Below are positions 11,923 to 21,571 of a stretch of 64,000 nucleotides of DNA, in pieces. Under the pieces are notes generated by a model. The model saw only the letters and a program-made list of their open reading frames with translations, made no database searches and was not told the DNA's origin. Every line of letters starts with the position of its first letter. The stretch's first letter is position 1. Origin of the DNA: a virus; IMG/VR virus record IMGVR_UViG_3300038463_000227, positions 7,920-71,919 of that record, one strand, 5' to 3'. The translations under genes and the position numbers were made by a program.

Positions 11923-12297
11923 TTAAACTATCTTACAACGAATAATTGCATCTTCACTTAATTCATAAAGGGCGCACATTCTGTGGAAACCATCGGCAAT
12001 TACAACCTTACCATGTACTGGATCACGAACTAATAATAGTGGTGAGAGTGGTTTGCCTGCTCTAATCTTTTCCAAATCTTTAACTACATGGGCATTACTA
12101 ACGCCAGCCAGTGCCAAACCTGAAGCACGGAATACATCCTTGGCTTTAAATTCAACAATCTCATTAGTGTGTTTAAATTTACTAATCAGTCCAAGTACTG
12201 CTTGGCGTTCATAAATTAAACTTAAATAAGATTCAGCTGCTGGATAATCATGTTCTTCAACTTCTTCAAGCCAGAGAAATTCTGTGTTATGTGACAT
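11923..12297 (-). CDS. ParB/Srx-like domain protein
   Basis: PLLLV...VIADGFHR motif. Confidence 0.6.
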   Translation of the reverse strand: MSHNTEFLWLEEVEEHDYPAAESYLSLIYERQAVLGLISKFKHTNEIVEFKAKDVFRASGLALAGVSNAHVVKDLEKIRAGKPLSPLLLVRDPVHGKVVIADGFHRMCALYELSEDAIIRCKIV

Positions 12298-13175
12298 GGT
12301 AATTCCTTAGGTGATTTTTACTGAATACTTACTACGCAAATTAATGAGAGTAATAATATCTTGTAAAAATTCATGAGTCATTTTTAGTTGAACCATACCA
12401 TCACCAAGTTCTTCAACCGGAATTGTAATTTCTCTTTTATTATCTGGTGGTTCAATTGTAATATCTGTGAATTTTACTGAAATTATTTTCATGTTACTTG
12501 GCTCCGTCTCGTACAAATCTAATGCTGCTGCAAATTCTGTTTTCTTCTCATCTGACCATTCATAGAATTTTGGTTCTCTCAAACCTTCATTAATCATTCT
12601 ACATGGACACATTGGATCATCACCTTGTGGTCCCATACATGCGCATAAACTCATTTTGAATATCTTTCTTTGTGAATTTCTTTTATAATTTCCAGCATTC
12701 TGGCACCAACAATTTGAATAAATTCCGCTTCAGCTTCTTCTTTTTCAAGAACCACTATAAGATCATAAAGTGTATGTTCAGGCATGGCAATAGTAAGAAC
12801 ATCTAATGGCTGAAAAGTATCAGCAATATCTAATCTATACTCAAGCAGTTTCATTATTTATTATCTCTATTCTTTCCTAGATGGTAACCATCACAGTGTA
12901 AGCATTTATAAGGATTGAAGTGTTTCTTGTATTTCTTCGACATTGAAATCGCACCTTTAACGGCCGTTTCCTTTGTGTTATAATTTACTTTTGGATTTAG
13001 TGTTCTTTGATTGATGTGAGAGTTTACATGAAATAAACCCCAAGCATTACGGGTGATAAGGAAATTTTTGATAAATCTCTTGAGTGGCATTTGATCCTTG
13101 ATGACAAGGATGATATTTCTAATCTTCATTATAACTTAAACTTTTTAAATGGTATTTACTACTGGATGGGTTTAA

Positions 13176-13309
13176 TTGGTTGGTCCATATAGCGTGAGAG
13201 TCGAACCCACCTGGAGCCAAATACTATATAAAGGCGTCACCCGTTGCAACAGGATCTTCCCGATCGGCCGATCTGACCTGTATGTCTCGCTAAAGACATA
13301 CACCAACTA
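13176..13309 (-). ncRNA. Multi-hairpin RNA with a T-arm, ending ACCAACCA
   Basis: TTGGT/ACCAA closing stem, three hairpins, GTGGG-TTCGACT-CTCAC. Confidence 0.55.
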
Positions 13310-13314
13310 AATTT

Positions 13315-13405
13315 TGGCGGAGGACCAGGGAATCGAACCCTGCAGGCGGCTTACGCCACCTTACAGCTTAGCAGGCTGCTGTCTTTGCCACATGACTCGC
13401 CCTCC
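13315..13405 (-). tRNA. tRNA-Ser(GCT)
   Basis: Loop CTGCTAA, long V arm, G73, CCA. Confidence 0.9.
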
Positions 13406-13643
13406 ATATTCTGATAGGCATTCCACCTAAACGGAATATACAATACGCTTTAAACGCTTTTAAATATATTCTTAGATATTTCCTTAACCGCAACGCCGGC
13501 TCAGATTCATTTCAAGGATACCAGCCAGAGTACCTTTCGGTAACATCCTTCGTATTTATCTACCTCTATTGGGTGATCAGTCCCACGCTATTCTTTAAAA
13601 TAAAGTCTTAGGTAACTAGGAAGTCCAACGCCCCTTTATTTTA

Positions 13644-13919
13644 TTACACTTTTGGTTGAGCAGCTACTACTTCTGGTTGTGCTTCAACCACAGCAACTAC
13701 TGGTGCAAGTTCAGCTTCTACTACTTTAGCAGCAGCTTCTACTTCTGCAATAACAGGAGTTGCCATCGGTACTTTTGCTTCCAATTTCTTTTTGAAGAAA
13801 TTCCATAACATTATCCAGAATGGTGTAAACATTGCACCAAGAACAATACCCATGTAAAAATGGATATCAAACAAACCAGATAATAACTGGTTAAAAATTG
13901 TTGATACGAGTGATGACAT
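13644..13919 (-). CDS. Small membrane protein
   Basis: One TM segment plus an Ala/Val/Glu-rich tail. Confidence 0.7.
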   Translation of the reverse strand: MSSLVSTIFNQLLSGLFDIHFYMGIVLGAMFTPFWIMLWNFFKKKLEAKVPMATPVIAEVEAAAKVVEAELAPVVAVVEAQPEVVAAQPKV

Positions 13920-14318
13920 AATAAGATCCTTAAAGAGTTAATTACCTATTATTTATCACTTTTACTTTAATATAAACTTTTTATTTTGTGGACGGATTCC
14001 CGATTCTCCACCGTCAATTGGCTGCTGAATGTCCACAATATCATTCGTTAGGGATTAAACTGATACCAGCAACAGAACTGCTAACTACATCCAATCATTT
14101 TTATTGATCGTTCTAGATCACAAAATAACCGTTTAACGCTTGTAAATGTCTTTAATTTCAGATACTAGCATTGTTATAACTTGTGCACCGAGTAAAATCA
14201 TCGGTACTATTAATAATTGTTCCATTTTATTTCCTATTTTTTGTGTGTGTAAATTCTCGACAGGTGTTGTTTATCAAGTCTTTATCACTTGTTGGCAGAA
14301 TCCTGCAACTGCACATTT

Positions 14319-14409
14319 TGGCGGAAGCGGTGGGATTCGAACCCACGTGCCCTTTTCAGAACGCACTCCTTAGCAGGGAGGCCAAATAAACCAGCTCTAG
14401 CACGCTTCC
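14319..14409 (-). tRNA. tRNA-Ser(GCT)
   Basis: Loop CTGCTAA, long V arm, GCCA. Confidence 0.9.
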
Positions 14410-14915
14410 ATAACTTGATTCCAAAGTTCTTCTTCTCTTCCGAAGTACTCTGGATATAATTTTCGTAACTCGCTCTCAGGGAGTTTTGCAGGATTTCCAC
14501 CAAGGACTTCTCGTCCATCAGTATCATTCCAAACCTCAATAATGAGGTCTCTTAGATCATTTACCGTTCCACCTTTTGGCTGGATTATGATGTCGCATCG
14601 ACCTAAAATCCAATCAAAGTGCTTGCGGGAAAAATCTACCTCTTCCATTAGATCATGATCACGGGCTTGACCCATGGTAACCATGATGATATGAGTTAGG
14701 AGCTGAGGATTTTCTTCTTTGAGTTTTTTCGCGTTAATGTACGCGCGAACTGTTTTGCCTAGCTTCTTAGCCGCGGCGAGAGCGCCTGCGACCTGTGCTT
14801 CGACTTGATCAGTTTGTAAGCAGTAGACTTGAAGTAAACCTGCTCTGACGTGTTCTCTATCTCCGACACCAAGTCGGCGAGATACTTCCCAACCGTTTCT
14901 TTCAAGAGTAATCAT
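14397..14915 (-). CDS. Hypothetical protein between two tRNA-Ser genes, GC-richer than its surroundings
   Basis: 172 aa, SD AGGGA; TAG stop lies inside the downstream tRNA. Confidence 0.7.
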   Translation of the reverse strand: MITLERNGWEVSRRLGVGDREHVRAGLLQVYCLQTDQVEAQVAGALAAAKKLGKTVRAYINAKKLKEENPQLLTHIIMVTMGQARDHDLMEEVDFSRKHFDWILGRCDIIIQPKGGTVNDLRDLIIEVWNDTDGREVLGGNPAKLPESELRKLYPEYFGREEELWNQVMEAC

Positions 14916-14928
14916 GTTTCCCTTTAAC

Positions 14929-15020
14929 TGGCGGAAGTGGTAGGATTTGAACCCACGGGCCGATTTCTCGACCTTCAGTTTTCAAGACTGACGCAATAAA
15001 CCAGGCTCTGCCACACTTCC
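14929..15020 (-). tRNA. tRNA-Ser(TGA)
   Basis: Loop CTTGAAA, long V arm, GCCA. Confidence 0.92.
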
Positions 15021-15188
15021 AAATTTGAATTTTAAAATCCTCTAACAGTAACGACAGTACCTTAATGATACCGGAATTTTTCCTGTTCCTACGGCAATAG
15101 GCTGTGGGTTAGATGGTGTCCCTTGCCGGGGTAATACCATTATGTTATCCACTCTTTCTATTTAAAGGATTTTAAAGTTAAAACTTCC

Positions 15189-15320
15189 AAAAATTAATAC
15201 ACAACAAAAATGATATCGTAGATTTGTCCTCTGGGCCACCTGACGTACGGGAATCGAACCCGGTAGAGTTTTATTCAAAGTAAAGGATAAACAATATTCG
15301 ACGGTAATGTATTAATTTTT
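15189..15320 (-). ncRNA. YrlA-like Y RNA candidate
   Basis: Terminal stem; GTCGAATATTGT/ACGATATCA Ro60-type helix; T arm CGGG-TTCGATT-CCCG followed by a GG-containing D-like segment. Confidence 0.6.
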
Positions 15321-15910
15321 AAAAGCTTTATTTAAAGCCATTAACTGCTTTTTACTTCATAATGGCTTTATTTAAAACCATTATAACGAATTGTAAACTG
15401 CAGCTTTATATGCTGCTAATGCAATTTCACGAGTTATAAATCTTGATGGATTTTTAACTTCTACTGGAAATTTTTTATTAAACCAAGCATCAAATTGAGC
15501 TTGTTGAATCAATGTTAAATCAAAATCATCCATTATAAAACTCCAATATAATTTTCTATAATTCATTATACTACAGTTAACAATTTTTGTACATCTATTT
15601 ATAAAATGATCAGGCCTTCCAAACCAGTCACCACCTGGTCGATATTGTGTGGTTGGATATCTCCACTAACTCAGTATATCTACTGATGCACAATTCGATG
15701 ACCGCCAACCTAGTCACTTCGGTGATTATTTTATAGTTGGTTTACCAAAAATATATTCGGTGGCATTATGTCCATTAATCGGTCGAACATAAGAACCATC
15801 CTCATTAACTTTAGTAATCGATGGGAAAATCTCTTTCAAAAGTTTCTCATCGCAGACATTTCGCAATGACCTAATGTTCCACCAGCGGAATAACATCTTA
15901 TAACAAAACT

Positions 15911-15991
15911 TGGTACCCATGGTCAGAGTCGAACTGACAGATATCCACTCCCTTTTGAGGAGAGCCGCTTTACCAAATTGCGTACATGGGC
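15911..15991 (-). tRNA. tRNA-Leu(CAA)
   Basis: Loop CTCAAAA, ACCA. Confidence 0.85.
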
Positions 15992-16122
15992 ATTGTTAGG
16001 GTGCGGGTGAAAATACAACTCATCATTATAAAAATCATCCCGCAGTTATTTATTTTAATACTTCCTCCCACAACTATAGTGTGCAGTGATACTCATATGA
16101 CAAATAAACAAACTTTAAAAAT

Positions 16123-16251
16123 TGGTGTAGACGTTAGGATTCGAACCTAAGACAAGCTGTTTGAGATAACCATTATATAGCGGTCACCTTACGGTAACAA
16201 AAATCATAAAACGATGTTTTGACGGCTGTTCTACCACTGAACTACATCTAC
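16123..16251 (-). ncRNA. tRNA-scaffold RNA with the anticodon loop replaced by a ~60-nt insert
   Basis: Acceptor GTAGATG/CGTCTAC+ACCA, canonical D and T arms, no anticodon loop. Confidence 0.8.
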
Positions 16252-16908
16252 ATTGCAAGACTTTATTGCTAAAGTCTGCGCTTAACTCTCGAAAGAATTA
16301 AGGGGGTTTCTTATTTCCAATCACTATCCCTCAGGCCTAGCTTTCGAAAAAGTATTCTTTTGGCAACTTCTAAAGGTAACTCCGAATCAATTAAGAGTTT
16401 TAAAGCAGAATCAAGATCACCCCACAACTTAATAGCAGCTAGTGCTTGTTGTACAGCTTGGTCCTGATTCATATTTAATCGTCTAGTATCATCCATCCTA
16501 TTACCTACTACTTAAAGTAGTATTTATTGATAAATGTATTTATTTGTCAGAGTCGAGATTGAGAGACCTCTCCCTAGTGTCCAGGTTCTTTACCCTGTTG
16601 GACCCCGCCTCTATAGTGGCCACACTCAATTATGGTCACCTCATATGCAGATAACTAGATGCCTTACGGCACGAGCAAATAAATTCTTCAATACAGGTAT
16701 TATAAGTCAGTTTCAACCTAATGTATACCTTTTAATTGTAACAAACGGAAATTAATATGAGCAAACCTGTTATTAACTTTTTGAATATATTCAAGGAACG
16801 TGGCATTGTGCTCAATCCTATATTCTCCTAAAACTTGGTGCTATATATTTATTCAAAACCATAAATACTATTTTAAAATTCTTTATTTAAAGTTCGAATA
16901 TATGATAA

Positions 16909-16994
16909 TGGTGCTGGTTGTAGGATTTGAACCCACGAGGAATTTCTTCGCTTGATTACAAGTCAAGTGCCGTCGACCGCTTGGCTAAACCAGC
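16909..16994 (-). tRNA. tRNA-Thr(TGT) with extended variable arm
   Basis: CTTGA-CTTGTAA-TCAAG, ACCA. Confidence 0.8.
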
Positions 16995-17261
16995 CTATTT
17001 ATTACCGAAAATGTTGTCTAACCACCAATGTGGAAATAATCCATCTTCATACAATTCTTTTTCTCTGAGGAGACCTAACTTGATATCCTCTTTCCACATC
17101 TTTTCGTGGACATTCAAATATGTTTTACCAACACTGAAACCATTCTTACTTGATACTGATGTACCATAGCTTTCAGAGTTATACAACTCAATTAACATCT
17201 CATCACTGTAATCCAAAACATGATCCCAACTTCGGGAAAATATTCGATATACTTCAGCCAT
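16995..17261 (-). CDS. Hypothetical protein
   Basis: 88 aa ORF between RNA genes. Confidence 0.7.
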   Translation of the reverse strand: MAEVYRIFSRSWDHVLDYSDEMLIELYNSESYGTSVSSKNGFSVGKTYLNVHEKMWKEDIKLGLLREKELYEDGLFPHWWLDNIFGNK

Positions 17262-17356
17262 TCTTTTAAACTTCTGACTTACTTTATGGATACTGCGTTT
17301 TGGTGTTCCTAAATTACTACCCTTAACTGGGCGTTTAGCTGAGTCATGCTAGCCTC

Positions 17357-17638
17357 CTATATATGTGTTATGTAAAATTTACCACCGGGTTCATATTTAC
17401 TACTATCTTCATAATACTCGATTTTTACTCTATGATGTTGGTCAATATCATGTATATCACCAAAATCAACTGACTGAAAAAACATAACATCACTTAATAC
17501 TTGATCATCAAGCCTTACAGTAAATGGTTCTTCCTGTTTAGGATTGGAAGTATAATGTTGCTTTTCAATAATGCCTTGAATTATTATTAATGCTTCTTCA
17601 GAAGGATTAATTAAAGTTATAACTCGTTTAGATATCAT
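17357..17638 (-). CDS. Hypothetical late protein
   Basis: Preceded by TATAAATA (17651-17658). Confidence 0.7.
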   Translation of the reverse strand: MISKRVITLINPSEEALIIIQGIIEKQHYTSNPKQEEPFTVRLDDQVLSDVMFFQSVDFGDIHDIDQHHRVKIEYYEDSSKYEPGGKFYITHI

Positions 17639-17667
17639 TTTATAGCCTTATATTTATAGAATTTAAT

Positions 17668-17753
17668 TGGTCGGCGAGGAGGGACTTGAACCCTCAATCC
17701 CTCACGGGCGGCAGATTTTAAGTCTGCAGTGTATACCATTCCACCACTCGCCG
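17668..17753 (-). tRNA. tRNA-Leu(TAA)
   Basis: GCAGA-CTTAAAA-TCTGC, ACCA. Confidence 0.92.
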
Positions 17754-17882
17754 ATGGATCTAAGATTCTCTGATACTGCATTAAAGTAAAGTAAACCTTA
17801 GCAATCTTTAATGGGACAACTCTGATGGGTGTTCAGTCATCTTTAGTATTTTTAATCCAACCTATTTATAGGTTCTAAATCT

Positions 17883-17971
17883 TGGTCCGGCGCGTGAGAT
17901 TCGAACTCACAGCCCTTTCGGGGTCAACACGTTTTAAGCGTGCTCGGTCTACCAATTCCCTGCACCGCCGG
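17883..17971 (-). tRNA. tRNA-Leu(TAA), second copy
   Basis: GCACG-CTTAAAA-CGTGT, ACCA. Confidence 0.88.
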
Positions 17972-18180
17972 ATAATTCTTGTTATGACATTTATGCGGTT
18001 ACTGTAACTAAGTCGTTTATCAAATGTTGCCGCACCTTCTTGATAACACATCGGCTCTGTTAAAGCTGTCATATTTAAATATGCCTCATGGAGGGAACAT
18101 AAATGTCTGAACCTACCCTAGCTTATAAACTGTCTGAAATTGTTGCTATCAGATTCAATAAACAAGATGACTGCATAATT

Positions 18181-18284
18181 TGGTGAAGTTTCAGGGAATC
18201 GAACCACTGGGATATCTAGCGCTGCAGCACTAATAATATATCCGTCTCACTGACGGACCGGTCTCCATAACCGTCTAAAACTTC
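18181..18284 (-). ncRNA. Non-canonical tRNA-like RNA
   Basis: GAAGTTT/AAACTTC+ACCA; TCCGTC-AGTGA-GACGGA arm without U33; very long V arm. Confidence 0.65.
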
Positions 18285-18290
18285 ATATTC

Positions 18291-18381
18291 TGGCGGAGAA
18301 AGGAGGAATTGAACCCCTGGGATCTTTCGACCCCAACTTGTTTTCCAAACAAGCGTCAGAACCATCTGATCACCATTCTCC
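18291..18381 (-). tRNA. tRNA-Ser(GGA), 8/4 (Sec-like) fold
   Basis: 8-position acceptor, 4-bp T stem, TCAGA-TGGT-TCTGA D arm, loop TTGGAAA, GCCA. Confidence 0.75.
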
Positions 18382-18388
18382 AAATTTT

Positions 18389-18549
18389 TTTTGATGTGTA
18401 TTAGATTTGAACCTAACTTGAACAACCTATAAACGTTCATGACCACTTATAGTTTATGCCGTGTTTCATCAGCCCGACATTGCATCTGACAGTTCCCGCC
18501 CAGATTTCGAGGCCCGAGGTGTGCATCAAACTGCACTATTCACATCAAA
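18389..18549 (-). ncRNA. tRNA-scaffold RNA with ~100-nt central domain
   Basis: TTTGATGTG/CACATCAAA stem, GTGCA/TGCAC D-like arm, TTAGG-TTCAAAT-CTAA T-like arm. Confidence 0.55.
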
Positions 18550-18556
18550 TTCTAGC

Positions 18557-18630
18557 AAGCGCCACTGGGAATCGAACCCGACAGCCGTGCACAGCATCCT
18601 AGTGTTACTCTACGCCATAGGACGACGCTC
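18557..18630 (-). ncRNA. Anticodon-less tRNA-like RNA
   Basis: GAGCGTCG/TGGCGCTT stem, GCTGT-GC-ACGGC stub, T loop TTCGATT. Confidence 0.6.
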
Positions 18631-18638
18631 TTTTTATT

Positions 18639-18724
18639 TGGTACGCGCGGGGAGACTTGAACTCCCAATCCCTCACGGGCGCTGGCTTCTAAGACCAGAG
18701 CGTATGCCATTCCGCCACGCGCGC
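18639..18724 (-). tRNA. tRNA-Leu(TAG)
   Basis: CTGGT-CTTAGAA-GCCAG, ACCA. Confidence 0.92.
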
Positions 18725-18826
18725 ATAATTCCTTCGATACAGGTCACTGAGTTCCTTTGGGAAGGTCCCCTCAGATCGTCATGATGCTTCCAACCACTCT
18801 CATGAACCCTTTGGGTAGGGTATCGA

Positions 18827-19003
18827 TTATTCTTTAATTACTGTTGGTTCTTCTAAAGGTTCAATAATATAATCTTTAGCAGTACCTTTAGGTATATGTT
18901 TATCACAATTGTGTCCTAAATAGTTCTTATTCATATTTTTTAAGACTGCAGTTGCTTCTGATGTACACTTCGGAAAACAAGGTGAGGTGCAAAGTATTGA
19001 CAT
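18827..19003 (-). CDS. Small Cys-rich hypothetical protein (58 aa, not in ORF track)
   Basis: MSILCTSPCFPKC...HNCDKH; SD AAGGA. Confidence 0.6.
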   Translation of the reverse strand: MSILCTSPCFPKCTSEATAVLKNMNKNYLGHNCDKHIPKGTAKDYIIEPLEEPTVIKE

Positions 19004-19129
19004 ATATTTCCTTTTAGATTCTTCCTAAGGTTTCCCCCATCGAGAGTCGTGATGCTACTTAGGACTCGATTTATTCAATAAAAGATGGTGCTAGCCTCTA
19101 TGACTAATCTTATCAACCATATAAATTTT

Positions 19130-19224
19130 TGGTCCTTCTCCACGGTTACGATCCGTGCCGTTGTAGCCAATCTAGCCACTCTCCCAAGTTTATAAAACTT
19201 AGCCGCTCGCCAAAGCTGAGAAGG
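19130..19224 (-). tRNA. tRNA-Ile(TAT), atypical, with long V arm
   Basis: CCTTCTC/GAGAAGG+ACCA, TAAGT-TTTATAA-ACTTG, T loop ATCGTAA. Confidence 0.7.
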
Positions 19225-19265
19225 ATAACGATAGCTAGTGGATTTCTCCACTAGCAGTTTTGATA

Positions 19266-20234
19266 TTAAGCAGTTGCCAATAAACGTTGCAGTGTCAGTG
19301 ATTTCAAATCATCACCTTTACCAAACCATGCATTTGCCATACGATGGCTGTTTGTTTTTGCTGTTGCATGATGATCAATGTATTCTGTAACACTGTTCAG
19401 CAGACCCCAAGCAGTACCTTCAGCAGATTGCATTTCGCTGCCAATTCCGCCACCTTGAAACAAGTCCATGATTTTCATGTACTGTTTTGATTTTGAAACA
19501 TCATCGGCATAAATCATTTTTGAATCACGCAGCAAGTTTTCAACAAATTCTTCAGCATGACGTGTTGACATTGAAGTTGCAGCCAACTGACGAGCAGCTC
19601 CAAGAAAGTCACCAAAGTTACCACGCGCAATTCCCAATTGGTTTTTAACTTTGTTTGCATCAAATGCTGTACGATGACTAATAACAACTTCACGTGCTTT
19701 ACCTTGCAAAGCCATACCCAAAGTGTTATTACAAACAACACGCACTGTTGTGAAACGTGCTGTAGTTGCTAATGTACCATCACAGCTTGATGACAATAAC
19801 AAGTAACCATCAACTTTGTCATCACCAACGATACAAGCAGATTCACCGATTGATGCAAGTGCCCAAAAACGGCGGCCATCAAATAGAGTTCCAGCAGTAT
19901 CCAAGGTGAAACCATTTGCATCAGTCAAGTCATGGAAAAAATCCAAAACTTCACCAGGTTGAACAATTTTATATTTAGAAGACACAATTGACAGTGCTTC
20001 TTTTGTATCTGAACGATATAAAACGTTACTATCTGGAATTGTACCAACTTCACCATCAACACCGAAAGTTACAGGACTTGTTTTGATATTCCAATCCATA
20101 CCAGCAGCTTCTTTCCATGTTGCCATGTCAGCACCGGCTTCAAGAGATTGACCTAAACCATGCCAAGGCTTTTCAGTACCAACATAAGCCATTTCAGCAA
20201 GACCATTTTTACGGATTGTGATTGCGTGTGCCAT
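19266..20234 (-). CDS. DUF932 (phage/plasmid LGT_TIGR03299-like) protein
   Basis: PWHGLG, YKIVQP, RVVCNNTL, TAWGLLNSVTEY.DH motifs; early promoter upstream. Confidence 0.9.
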   Translation of the reverse strand: MAHAITIRKNGLAEMAYVGTEKPWHGLGQSLEAGADMATWKEAAGMDWNIKTSPVTFGVDGEVGTIPDSNVLYRSDTKEALSIVSSKYKIVQPGEVLDFFHDLTDANGFTLDTAGTLFDGRRFWALASIGESACIVGDDKVDGYLLLSSSCDGTLATTARFTTVRVVCNNTLGMALQGKAREVVISHRTAFDANKVKNQLGIARGNFGDFLGAARQLAATSMSTRHAEEFVENLLRDSKMIYADDVSKSKQYMKIMDLFQGGGIGSEMQSAEGTAWGLLNSVTEYIDHHATAKTNSHRMANAWFGKGDDLKSLTLQRLLATA

Positions 20235-20339
20235 TATATTTTCCTTTAAAATCAGATTCAGGTTTGAATCAATGAAGTAATTATAGGCTTATATCTGGAA
20301 GTTGTACACTTTTATTTAAAAATAATTGTAACGAGATTT

Positions 20340-20412
20340 TGGTGTCGAGGGTAGGATTTAAACCTACATGGTTCAGCTAAGGCCTATGCTTTTTGCATTA
20401 AGATACCTCGAC
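20340..20412 (-). ncRNA. tRNA-like RNA with intact acceptor/T arm and scrambled D/anticodon region
   Basis: GTCGAGG/CCTCGAC+ACCA; GTAGG-TTTAAAT-CCTAC. Confidence 0.65.
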
Positions 20413-20717
20413 ATTGTTTAGACGTGAAATGAGTATTTAAACTACATCTTTTTTAATACACGAGATATTAAAAAAGAAGATTCCACGATTTTTCTTAAGT
20501 ATCCAAATCAATAAGCTTTGGACCTTCAGCAATCATATACCATGAAGGAACTACTTTTGCAGTATTCTTGGAATTAAATTCCTTAATATGTGCTTTGGCA
20601 TCTTCAAGAGCTGTATTACCATCAAAATCTCGATGACCATCAGGGCGTGAACCCCAACCGGCTTCATATTCTATATAATACACTCGATAGACTGGTTTCA
20701 TGATGTGCTTTCAAAAT

Positions 20718-20793
20718 TGGAGCGGAATGGGGAACTTGAATCCCCGACATCTTGCTTGGCAAGCAAGTGCTCTACCAACTGAGCTAATCCCGC
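20718..20793 (-). tRNA. tRNA-Gly(GCC)
   Basis: CTTGC-TTGCCAA-GCAAG, TCCA. Confidence 0.92.
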
Positions 20794-20869
20794 ATTATAA
20801 TATAAAAGTATTAACATGAGAATTGGACGGCTGCTCTGTTTTGATCTGAGAGGTCAATACTTTTAAATC

Positions 20870-20944
20870 TGGTGCAGATAGATGGAATTGAACCACCGAC
20901 ACCCCTCATCAAAGAAGGCGCTCTAGGCACTGAGCTATATCCGC
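20870..20944 (-). ncRNA. tRNA-like RNA with 6-nt anticodon loop
   Basis: Full cloverleaf + ACCA; CCTTC-TTTGAT-GAGGG; D loop lacks GG. Confidence 0.7.
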
Positions 20945-20952
20945 ATTGTTAG

Positions 20953-21023
20953 TGGTGGAGAAGGAGAGACTCGAACTCACCGGGAATTCTTTGCAAAAGA
21001 CTTCTGTACCCTGTACCATCCCC
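20953..21023 (-). tRNA. tRNA-Ala(TGC) with shortened D arm
   Basis: G3-U70, loop TTTGCAA, ACCA. Confidence 0.7.
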
Positions 21024-21099
21024 ATTATATTGCTAGGTTAATTTTGTTGTGTAAAGAGTAGGTTTACCTCATTCTCTTTGTGCAATTTTAGTAGCCACA

Positions 21100-21570
21100 T
21101 TAACCTAATTTTGGTGCCCCAGGGTAGGATTTAAACCTACCGCCACGCTCCCTCAACGGAAGCTGCTCTAACACTGAGCTACTGGGACATTGTTCTTTAT
21201 ATATATATTTTAAACCTGATATAACTTCGGCAATATCAATATCTTGTTTCCAATAAGAAAGTAAAATTTCTTTATTTAATTTTACCCAATCTATTATATC
21301 CAACATATCATCTTTTTTTATTTTTTTAGTATCACCAATAACTCTTGGCTCTGCATCTATTGTAATAGTAAAACTACTTCCCGACCATGTATTTCCATAT
21401 TCAGAATTTACTTTAATTCTTGGTCCATGATTAACACCCCGATTATCAGAGATATAAATTATAACTGGTAATTTGGTAGTATTTTTACCAAGATTAACCA
21501 TCTCATTTATTACTCGATCATCAAATACAGAATATTCTCTTTCAAGAAGAAACTGCTGCATTATCTTCAT
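21100..21570 (-). CDS. Hypothetical protein, paralog of 24877-25257; C-terminus runs into a tRNA-like gene
   Basis: EMVNL...LPVIIYIS...HGPRIKV...IIDWVKLNKE.LL.YW; start re-called at MKIMQQFLLE. Confidence 0.75.
   Translation of the reverse strand: MKIMQQFLLEREYSVFDDRVINEMVNLGKNTTKLPVIIYISDNRGVNHGPRIKVNSEYGNTWSGSSFTITIDAEPRVIGDTKKIKKDDMLDIIDWVKLNKEILLSYWKQDIDIAEVISGLKYIYKEQCPSSSVLEQLPLRERGGRFKSYPGAPKLG
21112..21188 (-). ncRNA. tRNA-like RNA with aberrant anticodon loop
   Basis: GTCCCAG/CTGGGGC+ACCA; GCTTCC-GTTGA-GGGAGC; T loop TTTAAAT. Confidence 0.7.
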
Positions 21571-21571
21571 A

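Noticed and set aside
18291-18381. tRNA-Sec
   Set aside because: Anticodon is GGA, not TCA, and the fold is 8/4.
18460-18512. Hammerhead ribozyme (CTGATGA present)
   Set aside because: No stem II or properly placed GAAA and cleavage triplet found.
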